NCBI GenBank assembly: GCA_001643675.2
Contig: LSRY02000023.1
Span: 930,001 to 994,000, forward strand
Length of the DNA stretch: 64,000 nt
Source of the DNA: Monocercomonoides exilis PA203
Lineage: Eukaryota; Protista; Preaxostyla
Reading direction: 5' to 3'
This document shows positions 1 through 14,653 of the stretch, piece after piece (the first letter of the stretch is position 1; each line of letters starts with the position of its first letter). The position numbers were made by a program, and so were the translations under genes. The notes below the pieces were generated by a model that searched no databases, was not told where the DNA came from, and saw nothing but the letters and a program-made list of their open reading frames with translations.

Positions 1-755
1 CGAGTCGTGTCAGATTCTGATGTTCCTGGTGATATTCGATGATTTCTTTGATCTCCTTCAAATATAGTTCTTCTCCTAATTCCTAATCAAAAAAAGATAT
101 AAAAAAATAGCAATAACAAAATGGAATGGAAATGTCCACACGTTTAATTCATGGATGCAACTCAAAGCAAACAAAGCCATTTCCACTTCTTTTTGAGCTT
201 CCTTGCTTTCTTCTTTTCTCAATGCAACTTTCAGAAGACAAGGCACACAAATTAAAATAAATTCGTTTGGAACATAGCCGGAGCACAATGTCATATAGCA
301 TTCGCAAAGATCAAAAAGAAGCTTTTCATCTTTTCCTTCTTTTTTCTCATCTTCTTCAATAATCATTTTCTCAAATCTTTTGTTCAATTTTGAATATTTA
401 AAACCATAGATCCAAATGTTTTTCAATTCGTTATAGAATCCAATACACTTCAGCAATAAACATGCATTTTCCATCGAAAGTTTCTCTTCTTCAATCATTT
501 TGTTAATTTTATCAAACAGTTCTTTTGTGAAAACTGATCTAAATTCTTCTTTATCCATTTTTTTCATCAATCCATTCGTTTCAAGAATCTTCTGTTTCTG
601 TTCACTCTCAGAGTAACATGCTAGTTCATCTAGTTTTTCTTCAAAGAAAAAAAAAGTCAAAAAATGTAATCATTTCATTGAAACATTAAATCCATCAAAC
701 TTTTGAACTTATCAGCAAGTGTAATTTCTTGAGTTCCATTGTTATAAACATTCAT
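1..755 (-). CDS. Lineage-specific multicopy helical-repeat family protein (3 exons visible, runs off window start)
   Basis: ORF 76-660 plus an in-frame splice model: ATG 755, intron ~639-700 (GTTTGA...GAAG), intron ~82-141 (GTGTGG...TTAG), continuing ELGEELYLKEIKEIIEYHQEHQNLTRL. The motifs VPCLLKVALRKEES.E.QKEVEMAL.ALS and EIKEIIEYHQEH resemble, from recollection, an expanded oxymonad family. Confidence 0.7.
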
Positions 756-2318
756 TGTGTTAACTATCTATTCTGGATATGCAAAATCGAACAACAGATT
801 TATAATCAACCAATTTGACAAATACAAACATTTTTGATTATCTTGCAAAATGTAAAAGCAGCAAATACAATTCAAAATATTTTTCTATTTCTTCCAAAAA
901 GGCACAAAATAAAGATCGACGACTTCAATGATCTCAGCTGGAAAATTCAGAAATGCAAATCTTTTATTTCTTGTTGATCAAACCAACAGCATATTTAAAT
1001 GATACATTTTTTTTTTTAAAACCATTTTCCTTTCGAAAAAATGTCCTTCTGAATGAAAATGAGCCAACATCCATTTTAAGAATTGCATTTTATTGAAGAA
1101 GAAGAGAAATCGGACAGACAAAATGCATGAATGGTAGTTATCACTTGCCTATTGTGAAAGTGAATGAGAATAAAAGCAAGAATATGTGGTGTTTTATATT
1201 TTGATGCAAATTATGAATTATCACATTCTTCATTTGTTTTAAGCATGCTCACGGATTCCTTTGAAAAAAATAATTTAAAAATTCAATTAGACTTATCTTT
1301 CACTTTCATCGATTGCATCTGTGCAATATACCACGTGAGAATGGAAGGGTATAATGTCATTTAACCATCCTTTCTCCATTTCATTATGTTTCTCTTCATT
1401 TTCTTTGCTGGAGCTGTGGGAAAGAAGAAGATTTGATAAAATACATTACTCTTTAATTCATATGAATTTCTGAAAGTCAGCAAACATAAACTGAATGCTA
1501 AGTGGATGATAAATCTAAAGCTTTCTATTGTCAATGCTTCGTGTGATTTTTTAACATCAATTTTCTTATTCTGTTGAGAAGCATCTTTTGGTTTTTATTT
1601 GATTTATGAGAAATTCGATGGAACAAAAAAGTTTCAAAATCTATTAACCAACTGAATGAAAGAAAACTAACCCTTTTTCATTCACATTTAGTAAGATTTC
1701 CAAAACAAAAAAATGCTTTTTGATTTTTTAAGTTTGTTATTCAAATAAAAAACCAAAAAAAAAAAATAAAAAACTAAAACAACAACAATTAAAACTTCAA
1801 AATGAAAAAGTTATACAAATAGTTAATAATTTCTTTTGCTAAGATTCGTTACTTTTATGCTTATAAAAGGAAAAATGAAATTATCAATCATAAAGAACCA
1901 TGATCACTTTGTTACCATACTTATATATAAATGCTAATCCAGACATTTCCGTTTTTGTAGCTCATTATGTGCCGGATTTATTCTGCACTTTGGAAATAAT
2001 TGTATGTGGATGGCATTTCTATGTGAAGAAACTAGATGCGAATTTTTTGAGAGAGTTAAGAATTGGATTTTCGAAAATTAATTTGTTTATTTGTTTTTGA
2101 CTTCAAAATGAACTTTATTTTCTTATTATTTGCCGAAGTTGCTATTTTGCTATTTATGTTTTGCTCAGAAATAGAGATTGCATTTTCTTTTTTGTGAAGA
2201 ATTTGGATTCTTATTTTTTATCGAAATTTCAATTTCAAGCTTATTTTGTTTGAATAAAAATATTATATAAAAAAATTTCATGTTTTCCTATTGAAAATTG
2301 TTTTTTGATGGAAGATTT

Positions 2319-3762
2319 ATGAGTTCAAACGGAAACGTGTTGAACGGGAGTCAGAAAAGTGGCGAAAACGGGCTGCAAATGAATCGCACGGTGGAGGGCG
2401 TTGCAGCCGCAGTGTATGGTCTTCTGCGAAAAACTCATGTGGAAGTGGTGCGTACAGGGAAATTTGCGGGAATGGAGAAAGAGTATGGGATCTTCGAGAA
2501 CAAGAAGCTTGGAGGGAGCTCAAGTGGGAGCGGAGTAGAGGAACACGTACGAGCTTCTGTCCCCGATTTTATACGAGTGTACAAGTTTGTGTATTCGCTG
2601 TTTCGGCGGGCACAGATAGAGCCTGAGTGCCTGATTGCCGGGATGGTGTATCTTGAGTCGTTTCTGAGTGCGGGGAAGAACAAGGGATTGATTCTGACAG
2701 GGCTGAATTGGGAGAGGGTTGTGTTTACAAGCCTGATGGTGGCATCGAAGGCATGGGACGATGTGTCGTGTTCTACAAAGTCGTTTGCAATTTGCTCGAA
2801 CGGGAGCATTGGGCTGAGCGAGCTGTGCCGGTTGGAGCGGATCTTTTTGGAGCATCTGGACTATCGCCTGTATTTGACAGCAGACACATACCGTGTTGTG
2901 TACTATGACCTGAAGAAGTTTTGGGTGAACTTGGTTGTTGATGAAAAGGTGTGCTGTGAATGCTGGAGTTCAGATGCAATGCTTTTGATTTCATTTGTTT
3001 TTGTAGAAAAATAATTTTTATAATTTTGTTTTCCACAGTTTCTTTTTTGAGCTATCATTTTTCAATATCTTTTTTCTCTATTTTTTCCCCCTTCAATACT
3101 GCCGCGCTCTTGTGATCATATCATATTTGGAACGAAGGGAGTGATTGCGCCTGGCAAATGGGACTTTGTTGCCAGTTTGGAGATACCACCACAGTGGGGT
3201 GCAGAATATGTGTTTGGTTGTGCAGATGCGAATTCTTGTGCACAGCTGCAGACTGCTCCGTTCTCGTCTGCTTCTGCAGGCACAAACGCGTCAACCGCAA
3301 CAACCATTCGCACAACAGCACCTCCAACTCTATCGTTTGCACTTCTTCTTCTTGGTTTTCGATTTCTTCTTCTTTTTTGAACCATCCTTTTGAATTTTGT
3401 TTTTTTGATAACATTTTATCCCCATCTCTAATTCCTGCTTTTTGCGTGCTTTTTTTTTGCCTCATTCACAACATACTCTTCATCTGTGCTTGTGCTGCTG
3501 TGCTGCAACATTGCTGTGAATGCGGATGTGGACGAACAGAAAGGGGAGCCAGGAGGATGTCAGGAGCGACGAAGTGAAGGCTGTTGGGGGAGTGTGCCAT
3601 CAGACTGTGGCTGGGCACGGACATCCAGGGAGCTGTGTGGCATCAGCTGGAGTGATGGGGACGAGTGTGGGTGTGAGTGTGGCTGTCGGAGAGGGTGTGG
3701 GTGTGGGTGTGGGTGTGGGTGCAGCTGGCGCGAGTGGGTTGAAGGTGTCTGTGAAGCACTGA
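2319..3762 (+). CDS. Cyclin Y / PHO80-like cyclin, 3 exons (2319-2948, 3138-3334, 3540-3762)
   Basis: Cyclin-box motifs LFRRAQIEPECLIAGMVYLE, NWERVVFTSLMVASKAWDD and ELCRLERIFLEHLDYRLYL. Phase-compatible junctions AAG|GTGTGC...AAG|GGA and TC|GTTTGC...CAG|A join ORFs 3141 and 3520. The cyclin call is stronger than the 3' exon model. Confidence 0.85.
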
Positions 3763-5668
3763 GGAACAGTTCTTTCGATTTCATAATTCATTGAATAAAA
3801 TTTATTTTTTTGTTGTTGTTTCTTCAGCTGCTGGGAATGCTATTGCGTCTATTTTTCTTAGCTTTCTTTGATATTTTCTGTTGGTAATTTGCAATTTGTG
3901 TTTGTTTATTGATTTTTAGAGAGGTTTATGTTTGGACTGAAAGTTAATAATGTTCATCCAATCTTTTTTGCTTTTCTTTCAATCCAATTTTCCTCTTCTT
4001 TTTATATAATCATGTTCTTCGACTTGTGATATTGATAATGTTAGCTGTATTTGCTTTTAATGTGATTTTGAATATTCATTCTTGTTTTTATTATAAAAGA
4101 TTTTTATTTACCTTTTTTTATGTTTTTTGGTTATCGAAAAGAAATCTTCGCCTTTTGCGAATATTTGTTCGTTTCAGCAGGCCACAGAATCTTATTTTGA
4201 TTGATTTTGCATTTGTGAACTAATTTTTGTTTTTTTAAAGTCAAATTCTCTTCATTTATCTTTTATTGGTATTTCTTTTCATGTTTTAAGTCAGCCAATT
4301 TGTGAGCCTGTTTGCAATCTTGATTTTTCACTCTTTTTTCATGTTCGTATTTGTTTGTTTTTTTGTTGAAGTATTTGAGTTCTTTACAATGTTTGGTGTG
4401 TGGATGCGCCTTGAAGTGACATTAAGTGAGGAAGATGATAAGAGTGAAGTGAAGAAGGTTTATATTCATCAAGAAATGAAAGCATGAAGACATGAGAAGA
4501 GTCCAGAAGGAAATTGGAGTTTTTTTGAGTCATAGTGTGAATTTTAGCATCAATGGTTTGGAAGGAAGCTTGAGAAAGTTCAAGAGAAGGCGTTTACAAT
4601 GTATTTATGCGATTTGTATGCGCATGTGTGAAGGCGAAATGAACGAGCAGAAGATTGGACTGCCTATGATGGCTTGGTTTTTTAATCTTTTGTTGCATAT
4701 TTTGAAAAACACTTTTAAACACCATTTAGTGAATGCCGCTCTTTCATAATTCACATGTTCATTCTTTTCATCTAATTATCTATTTTCTTGTTCAATTTTT
4801 CAATCAAATGTCTCGATTCATCCGCCTCAACGCAGCACAACAAACTCAAAGTTTAATATATATTTTTTAATTTTTTTACTCTTGAATAAGAACAACAAAA
4901 AATTTTTAGCTTGCCCTTTCTTTTTTTTATGTTAATTGAATCGCAATTTTTTGCGTTTTGATGGGATAATTAATTTTCAATCATTCAGTTGTTGAGAGGA
5001 TATTTATTAATATATGTTCTATCATGTTTTCAGAATTAATGTAACCTCAGAAACAGAGAAAATTTTCATTTTTTTAAAATTCTTCATTTTTCGCCAAGTA
5101 ATTAATGGTATTAATCGGCCAAAAGAAATGTCGAGTGTATGCAATTTTGTTGTGCACCAAAGATACGAGGAATTGATGTGCGAGCAGGGTCAAAGATTTC
5201 TTTTTCAAAATTAAATAAACTCGCAAGATGTGAACTAATTTAAGCATACTTTCTTGTTCGATTCGTTTGGAATCAAAATATATTGGAGCTTGCAGAGGTT
5301 ATTCGGGGCAAATATTTAAAATGAAGTGAAATGCGCAAATCCATTGCAATACTTGTATCTTCAATTTCTATTTTTGTGAAGGAGAAACAAAGTTCAACAT
5401 TTTTCAAATGAATTCTCATCTTTGAAATATAAAAGAAAAGGAGATTTTGTTCAGGATGATTTATGCTTGCTTCTTCTGATTGAAAGAGAAGATTAAATGA
5501 AGAAAAAAAGTGGGAAGGAATTCTGCCGGCAAACAAAGCATTGACATTTTTTGAGTTTATAGGGAATACAAAGAGGTATTATTTTCTTTATTTTCTATGT
5601 TTTTATTTATCAGAACATTTCCAACATTGATAATTCTTTTTTCTGACTAACTTTTGAACAATTTTTAG

Positions 5669-6305
5669 AAAAAGCAATGGAATTGTGGAACGAGGAATTT
5701 GGTATGCATATTAATGATTGATTGGATTGTGTTTATTTTTATTTGTTTGTTTATTGAATTGAAAATATTTGTTGTGTTCGTTTTCTCTCATTGAAGAACT
5801 ATTTGGTGAAGACGCTCAAACCTGTTTGAAAGAAGGAATGAAAAATATTAATTCCATTGCCAATGAAGGAAAATTGACCCAAGAAAGGAGGAAAGAAGAT
5901 TTTGACGGTGAAAAGATGGAAAAAAGAAAAGAAAGCATCAGAAGTGAAGAAAGAAGAGAGGAAGATATTTGGGAAAGAGAAACAATTGATGCTGTCAAGT
6001 GTGTTCCATCAATTCATTTGATGAAAATATCAAAAGCTGCGAACAGATTGAAGGCAAAGGAAAAGAGAAGAGAAGTTGTTGGAAGCAAGAATTTTAATAA
6101 GGAAGAAAGGAGAATGGGAGAAGATGCAAGAAGAATAAGAAGAATAAGAAGAAGTGAGAAAGTGTTTGGAGATTTTAGTGCAGAGGAGAAGAAAATTCTT
6201 ATTGAGCATCTGGACCAGTTTGTGGGAGCTATGCAGAAAAGGCAGAGGAGAATTGAGCTTCTTGCAGCCGTGGAAGGAAAGCGTCTGTGGACAATGGAAG
6301 AATAA
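5669..6305 (+). CDS. Hypothetical charged (E/K/R-rich) protein, last exon(s); upstream exons uncertain
   Basis: Purine-rich 178-aa ORF with a probable small upstream exon at 5669-5701 (TAG|...TTG|GTATG). No recognisable domain. Confidence 0.45.
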
Positions 6306-6699
6306 ATTTGTTCATGTTTTTTTTCAATTTGTATTTATTTTCTTTTTTTATTCACTTCAAATTTTTTGTTTTTTTCTTTATACAATAATCATTTCACATT
6401 TCCAAACAAATTTTTAAAATTATCATAATCATGTATGTGAAGCAACGTATTTCTTTTTTTCTGCTCATTTATTTTTCAGCAATGTTTTAGAAAGAGTTCC
6501 GCAGAAATCAAATAAACACAACATAAGGTTAATACAAAGTCTGAAGATATCGAAATAAAAAATAGCATTTATAAGAATTCTTGAAAATAAAAACAACAAA
6601 TAATTAAACAAAACATGCAACCCTATACAACTCGAACAAAAGAAGTTAATTGGAGAGACAAAATACGTTGCAAAATCTAATGGAGAGATAGAATGAAGT

Positions 6700-6805
6700 G
6701 AGAAAGATAGAAAGAAAGAGAAAGAGAAAGAGAAAGAGAAAGAGAAAGAGAATGAGAATGAGAATGAGAATGAGAATGAGAAAGAGATACAGATAGATAG
6801 ATAGA
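6700..6805. repeat. Compound microsatellite (GAAAAG)n-(GAGAAT)n-(GATA)n
   Basis: Directly visible tandem units. Confidence 0.9.
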
Positions 6806-7073
6806 ATAAGAGTATCTAACAAATACTCACACAAACAATTAAATAAATTTATGATTATTTTTTCAGAAGAATTCAGTTGTAATCATAAACTCAACATTTA
6901 TCAAACTACAGATATTGTAACTCTGGTGCTCTAACATAAATAAATTTCCTTTAACCTTTGTTTTATTCTCCTTTTTCTTTCTTTAATTTTTTTCTCTCTA
7001 TCCTTTTTCTTTTCCTTTTCCTTTCAAAAAGGACAATTTACCCCAATTCCCATCATCTCTTTCTTCCTCCTCC

Positions 7074-10000
7074 CTACTCTTCTCTTTCTCCCCCTTCCTC
7101 CTCTTCCTCTTCTTCTTCCTTCTCCTCTTCCTCAATCAAAGCCTTATCCAGCGACGAAAGATACAGCAACGCTCCTGCAATAGAGCATCCTGCAGTGAGC
7201 GGAAAAGAGCAGCAGTTTATTCCAAACAGCAAAGAAATCACCACCCACGATGCACATGAGAACAGATACACACACGTCATCACAACAAGCACAGCAGGTG
7301 TCATCCCCACAGCTGTGTCACTGGCCATTGGCAGCTCACCAGATAATGACTCGTTGCTCAAGTATTCTGCTTGTTTCTGTGGTGTCTGTCGTCTCGCTGC
7401 CATTTGCCTGAGAAGATGAATCATGCGCTTTGGATGCCATCGAAACTTCTTTTCATTTCGCGTCTTCTTCTTCTTCTTCTTCTTTTTGAGTTTGTTGTTT
7501 TCATCATTCTTCATCCACAGACACCCGCAAACAAGCCATTTCCACTGCATTCGAATTTCAAAGGGCGCATTCTCAAAAGTAAGCACCATCGGCATCAGCC
7601 ACACAATCATCGTCAGAATCAGCATCAGCTGCGAAAACTCGTTGCCCATGATCAGCTTCCCTTTCACCACGGCAAACAGCGCAAAGCCGAAATCTACCCT
7701 TCCGTACACAAATTGCCCCACGACGAATGGCACACAGAAATGAAGGATGATACATGCTGCAATGTATATTCTGATTATGCAATTAGTCGAATCATTGAAT
7801 AAATAAGAAAATAAAAATAAATGAACCAAAAATACATAGAGACAAATTTAAATATAAATATTCATTTTCAAAAAAAGAACAAAAAATAAACAATCAATCA
7901 AGAGTGTTTTAAAAAATCATTTCCCCTTTCAAATTCATTGGCATCACATCTCACTCATTCAACAAGCGCAAAAACACACAAACAAACCTCGAAGCCATGC
8001 TCATCCGATACGCACTGTACATATCAACCACAAAGAACCTCAAAATTGCAATGAAAATCCTTCTGAGAAATCCCACTTTCTTTTTCCTCTGTTTTATGTT
8101 GTCCAGTGCTGGAAGAGTGGTTTTGTATGTTTTTCTTCCTAAATGGCAGTTAACTGAGTCTTTCATTCGCTGCCACAGACCACCTGCTCCTCCTGATATT
8201 CTTTGTTCATTTGATGAATTTGAAGTTAAATGAGCTGGTTTATTCAATGAGTCGATTGGTTCATGAATGCCAACATCAACCGCAGCAGAAGCAGAATTTG
8301 GATTCGATGAAAAGTCAGACGGCAAAGTCGACAAAGGAATAGCAGAAGTCTGCTCCACCACATTTTGTCCTCCGCTGCCGCTTTCCTCGTAGAATGCGTA
8401 TGACGAGCCTTCCCCTTGCACCACAAACCTTCCATCCACATTCCTCATTTCGGCTTGTTTGCCTTCTCTTCTCCCTTTCCCTTCGTTCTTCATCCGCTCA
8501 ATGGCTCCCGCAACCACCACGTCCCTTCGCAGCATCACCGTCTTCACAGCCATCTTCCACTGGTTTCCTGTTTTTCTTCCTCCTTTCCCTTCTTTTCCTC
8601 TTCTTTCTGATTGACTGTATCCACTTGATGATGCTGTAGAAGAGTAAAAAATCGAATTCCACAATCCATCTATTGCTCTCGTTTCTTCATCTGCAGCAGC
8701 TTTTCCGTTGGTTTCATCACCATTCAGTTCTCCAGGCATTTGCTGATAAGACAGAGAAGAGGTGGAGGAGGAAGAAGATGAAGAAGAAGAAGAGAATGAA
8801 GAGTAGCCAGCTTTCTGTCTGCTACCATCTTCGAGCAAACCGTTGTCTTCTTCAACGCACTCGCTCACTTTTCCTTTCTCCTCTGCCCCTTTCATTGCCC
8901 ACCAAAGCGCCATTCCACATCCTCTGAATCCAACCCACCCAAATAGCACAGCAAACAAGATGACACTCAGCCCCGTCGCAACAAAATAGAGCATAAAACG
9001 CTGCAAGGGAAGATTCGCTTTCAGAACGCCCATTGTCACTTGTGGCTGGGCGGTTTCTCCTCCCAAACTGAAACGGTGTAGCTTCTCTTCACAGCGCTCT
9101 TTTTGATTGGAAGAATATGAGAGAAGAGGAAGAAGAGAGAAGGTAAAAAATATGAAAGAAATATGAATATTAAAAAAAAAAAAAACGTATGAAATTTTAC
9201 ATGAGAGATGAAATTTTCAAATATGAATATTTTCATAAATAAATGATATCAAAATCGTATTAGCAACAAAATACGAAATCAGAAGGAAAAAAAAGAAAAA
9301 AAAAGGAATAAAAAAAAAAAACCTGTTAAAAAACACACCATTTCCGTCATCACTTGTCCAGCACACTTCCACTCGGAGAGGGCAAATTCCGTAAAACTGG
9401 CTCAATTCTTTCGTTCCGCTTCGAGAAAACGACTCAGTCTTCCACTCAGCTGTCCACAGAGGAGATGCTTTCTCGCCTTCCTCTTTCATTCTTCTCAGAT
9501 GCTCTTCTTCTTCTTCACTCAGAGCATCCATTTCATTCAAATAATGCTGCTCTTTTTCTTCTTCTTCAACGTTTCCCCTCTCAAATTCATTCACCTTGTT
9601 TATGCATTGCTCATTCTGTTCCTTCGCCACTTCTTTCGCCTTCCTCATTTTCCTCTGTCTTTCCATCCTTCTGTTCTCCAGCATTGTCAGCCTTTCATTC
9701 TCCCATCTTTTTGTCTGCCCACTCTGCGTCATCTCCACTGCCACAACCTTTCCACCTGCCTCTTCCTTGCCTTTCTCCCCAAACACATTCTTCAACCTCT
9801 TTCTCCGCTCCTCCTTCTCTCCACTGCTCCATTTCTTCATCCCCCTCCGCCTCTCCGCTTTCTCCATCGCATCCAGCGTCTCCTCCACATCCACCTTCGC
9901 CTTCACACGCACATTCTTCCCTTCTTCTGCCATTAACACCGCTGCCCTGATGTGCGTCGAGATTGCTGCCCTCCACCACTCAAATCTTGAGCTTGTTTGC

Positions 10001-12447
10001 GCTGCGCTTTGAGGATTGGTCACCACCACCCAGCTCTTCTTCGAGTGCTCCAGAAGAACTTTCCCCTTCGAGGGGTCCTTTCCTGAGGGCGTCACATACA
10101 CTCCTCCTTTCTCTCCGCTTTTGGTGTTCTCAATCAATGCGCAGCTGTTGTTTCTATCAGAAGCCATCTTCTTCTCTTTCTCCTTCTCCTTCTCCTTCTT
10201 CTCCTTCTTCTCCTTTGCACTCGTCCATATAGTCCTCTTTGAAGACGACATCGGCACGCATATCTCCTCCCACCCCACCGCCCCGTTGTCCACCACCATC
10301 ACATTGAAGCACCCTTGGTCTCGCCATGATGCTGCCCCTATCTGGAAATATGTTCTGCTCTTCGTTTTATTCTTCCTCCTCCCATCCTTATTTGAACTGG
10401 CAGCATCATCATTTCCTTCTCCTCCGTCTGCAAAGCTCCCTCTCTTTACCGCCACGTCGGCCTCGCTGACTTCCTTCCCGAACTGAGGCAGTGTCAGATT
10501 CTGCAGATGGAGATGCCCAAACACAAGCGAATGCAACACCATCTCATTCGGCTTCCCTGCTCTTCCACTGCCCAGCCCCAGTCCGGACTCTGGGCTGAGA
10601 TCAGCTGCAAGCCGCTGGAGATACAGCTGTGCGCGGATTGAATGCGAAGTGAGTGGGAAATGCGTGAGAAGAAAGAGCATGTGTGTGTTTGCTCTTCCTT
10701 TGCCCCCTTCGTTCTGCCTCAGATATTCCATCTCCTCTTTCAAAGTGCTGTCTATAGAAGACGTCCGGCTGGCGGTATCTTTCTCAAACTGGCCCAAGAG
10801 ATCACCGCCTGTTGCATATGGAGGGAAAGGGCCTGAGTTGTCAATTGTTAAAAAGAAAAAAAAAAGAAAAATTAATAATTTCATATGTATTTTAATTATA
10901 ATAGATCGAATAAACAAATAAATTGAATGATTATTTTAAATAAATAAATATAAAAGATGATAAATTTTCGAATAAAATAAAACAGATCAGAGATAAATGA
11001 TTATTAAAAAGAAGAAGGTGAAATAAAAATTGCAGATACAAAATTCAAATGAATCAAAAGCATTTTTAATGAAAATGCAATTGTTGAGCATTTGATATGT
11101 AAAAAAAGGAAAGAAATTAAAAAAGTGCTAATTAAAAGGTTTTAATTCTTTATTAAAAAAATAGGGCTCATAGAAAATTAATAATTCTCTATTTTTGCAG
11201 ATTGTTGACAAAGGCAATGAATGAGTTCATTTCGAACACAAATACACGTATTTCTTCTTTATCTTTCCTTTTTCTTCACTCTTTTTCTATTTCTTTCTTT
11301 CTTTCTTTCTTTCTTTCTTTCCACTCATTCATTCATTCACACGTTCCACTCTCTATACACACCAGGACGAGAAGTTGCATCAACAAGAAGAAAATAGTAG
11401 CTCTGCACGCCGCTAATCCCTTGCACCGCCTCCTTCCGCAGCCACACCCCGTTCTCGTACTTTTCGCGGCACACCGCACGCCTGCTGAAATGGTCTGCTT
11501 CTGCTCCAGCTTCGCCCACACCATATTCTGCATATATCAAAACATATGAACAATGGTAAACAGTAAGAAAAAAAGAAAAAGAAAAGCGAAGAAAAGTTGA
11601 CGAGAGTATAAATCGAAAAATTATAAAAGATAAATGGGAAAGGGAGGATATGAAATAATTGGAAAGAGGAAGAAGGAGAAAAAACAAAAAATTCACAACT
11701 GTCAATCCCAAACACAAAAGCCAAAATAAAAATTAATTTTTCAAAATTTATTGTATTCAATCAGAAATGTCATTCAAAATCGTTCCTTTTCAAACCGTCA
11801 TGATTTCCTCGCACTTCAACGTATGTGAGGCAACCATCAAATCCAGCATTGTGCATATATTTTGAATATAATTCCCATTCGTCTTCTCGTTGTGTCTTTT
11901 TGAAATAGTTTCTGCAAATTCAAATTTTTTAGCAATTAAGAATAGGAAATTAATAAAAAAAGGAAAGAAAGTTGCTTGAACCCTGGAGTCTCTGCATGTG
12001 TAAGATCTCCTGTGCTATAAATACGAAGCGGATTAACCACTTCCTTTATAAATGAAAACAGCACCCTACCGCACTCAGCCATCCACATTTCAAAATTTCA
12101 CGAAATATCCAAGAACAAATACATGAATTTGTCAAAAAAATGTTCGAAGAATGTTCAAAAAGAAATGTAATCAATAATTTATTTGTAAAGAAAAAAGAAT
12201 AATGCAATTGCTTGGCTCACCCTGCATCTTCTGTTATATATCCTGTGTTCCCAATGTGTAAATCTGAAACATGAGCTAATACTTCAACACCAGCATTCGT
12301 TGATCCCAGTTTCAGAGATGAATTAACAACTTCGGCCGATGGAATTGGGAGTTGCATCCCACCGTTTGTTGCTGAAACAACAATCGAATACAAAAAAAAG
12401 TAAATTACAAATGTGATTGCAGCTATGCTCCAGCATGCTACAATCAT
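7074..12447 (-). CDS. TMEM62-like calcineurin-like metallophosphoesterase with N-terminal anchor and C-terminal multi-TM domain, 7 exons
   Basis: Splicing of phase-compatible GT-AG introns reconstructs all five MPE motifs: HVSDLH (exon 1), STGDLTHA (exon ~11982-12067), EVRGNHD (exon ~11796-11912), THFP and FGHLH (exon ~9339-10832). Hydrophobic helices are encoded in exons ~7989-9098 and 7074-7770. Confidence 0.8.
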
Positions 12448-12679
12448 CTTTTAGCACAAAAATATTTCTGATTCAATTAAAAACAATAAATATTTTATAT
12501 AAGATCCATTTATGAATGGAATTTATTTGTTTTTCATGATAATATATCGTTTTTTGTGAAATAAAAAGGATTATCATTATTAAGTCACTTTCTTTATTTG
12601 ATAAGTTTTTATTTTTCTTATTTTCCAAACTTTTGAGTTTTTTAGCACTTGAAAAATTGATCTCCATCTTAATTTCAAA

Positions 12680-14653
12680 CTAATCCTCACTGGCGCATTC
12701 CATGTCGCTTTCTTGACTGCAATCAGTTTCTTCTCCCCAAAAATAAAAGAAATCATCTGACTCAAATAGCATCTTTGTGTATTCGTTTGAAGACATTCTG
12801 CTCGCATCCAAACATTCAGCAAGGGGCTTTAGATACACTTCAACATTTCGTTTCCATAACTGAAAATCATCAGGATCTTTATTAACATCCGAGGAGCGAT
12901 TCATGCCGAATGCTTCTTCTTCTTCTTCTTCTTCTCGATTTGTATTTGCTTCTGCATACATAGCGCAAACCGGGCAAATCTTTAAATCGCATTTAGCTTT
13001 CATTCTTGCTTTTATTTGTTCTTCCTTTTTTACTTCTCTCCTTTCATCATATTCATTCCGTGCAATATGCCCCAACAAAACATCCATTACACCTTCTTCC
13101 TCGCATGCATCTGCCAGCATTGCACTCAATCTTCCACGTGATTGCTGTGAAAGGCATGCATAACGTTTGAGGTCGTATTTGTAAATCCTTTTAAGATGTG
13201 GAACAATATGAGCATTCGAAGACAATATTGCCCATGCATTCAAAAGTGCCTTTGCTGCCTCGTCTCTCAGCGTGTCGCTTGTTGCTTCGCACAGCAGAAA
13301 TGCTATTTGGCTCAACAAATCTCTTTTGAAGAATTTCTGGATACTCTGCGAAATAGGAACTGATAGCCACCTTCCGAAACACTTCACAGCTGTCTCACGA
13401 AAACTCATCATCATTTCCTGCACGCTCTTCTCTTCGCAAAACAATCCATCGACCATCTGCTGAAAATTAGCCCCGCTAGTAGAGTATATATTAACCCTTT
13501 CATCATCATCATTAAATTTGCTTCCTCTAAAAATTGCCTTCCAGCTCTCTTCTGCCCAACTGCCAAACAAATAACTCTTTACTTTTTCCACAATTATTTC
13601 TTCGCTTGTTAACAATTGCACAAACGCTCTGTGCTGTTCTCTTGTAATGCTGCACAAGCACTGAAACGCGCTGAGGGCAATTGAGCAGACCGGCCCCTTC
13701 GAATACACTGGAGGCACCCAACCAGAAGAAGAACTGCTGTGTGGGGACTGAGATTGCTGTGGAATGCCTAGCAGATTTGGAGCAGGAGCAAACGAATCAA
13801 TGGCAAGCAGACTGTTTGTATTTGCATCCTCGCCACAGTCAAGAATAATATTGTAGCTAAAATAAATTCTTAGCAAATCCAATGCATCTAAAATAACAGA
13901 ATGGATCCCATTAGAAAGCAAGCCATGAAGCCACTTCCCTATTTTATCGGGTTTCTCGCATCCAATTAATGGAGTGCATCCTAGAGAAAAATAAATATCA
14001 TAAATAAAAATCAAAAATTATTGCAAATGTTTTGATAAAATAAATATACCACAATTTATTGTCATGCTTCGAAAAATTGCAATTGTGTACAAGCATATGT
14101 CTTCATCTTCACATTCACCCAAATGATCCAGTTCATCTTCGATCGTGAACGATTTGTTTACCTCGCAGAAGCATGGAATAGATTTTATAAGGCGCTTGGT
14201 TGATTCAGGAAGATTTTCAGCATCCACAGACACTTCGTCTGACAAGGAACCTATATAAAAACATACAATTCGGGTCACGTGCCCAAGAGTACGAGCAGCT
14301 AAGAGCTCAATAGGCTTTTGAAATCTACCACAAATGGTTTTTAATTCTTTCATAAAGTTTATATCATCGCAAAAGGATTGAATGTTATAATCCTTTGGAT
14401 CGACAACTTTTAGAAGATGATAAAGCCTTTTCAGCGGCTTATCCAAAAATTTCTTTTCTTTTAACAAAATTTCTGGTAAGCATTGAGAAACATAGTTAGA
14501 AATTCAATTTTCAATTTTTTTAAAAAGAGTTAAAAAAAACTTATCAAAACCTTTTTTCAAAAGCTGCAATTCTTCAATCACATTCAGCTTGCTATTACAT
14601 GTATTTTCATTTTTGTCTGTTTTGCATTTATAATTTGTTTCTGATTGTTGCAT
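12680..14653 (-). CDS. Hypothetical helical/ARM-like protein, 3 exons (14653-14552, 14472-14050, 13981-12680)
   Basis: ORFs 14018-14467 and 12680-14014 plus an ATG exon are joined by phase-1 introns (G|GTTTTG...CTAAC...CAG|AA and G|GTATAT...TAG|GA). Leu-rich amphipathic helices; a CPVC motif lies near the C-terminus. Confidence 0.65.

Noticed and set aside
4302-4749. Purine-rich short ORFs as a gene
   Set aside because: Interrupted frames, no recognisable motif and no convincing splice model.
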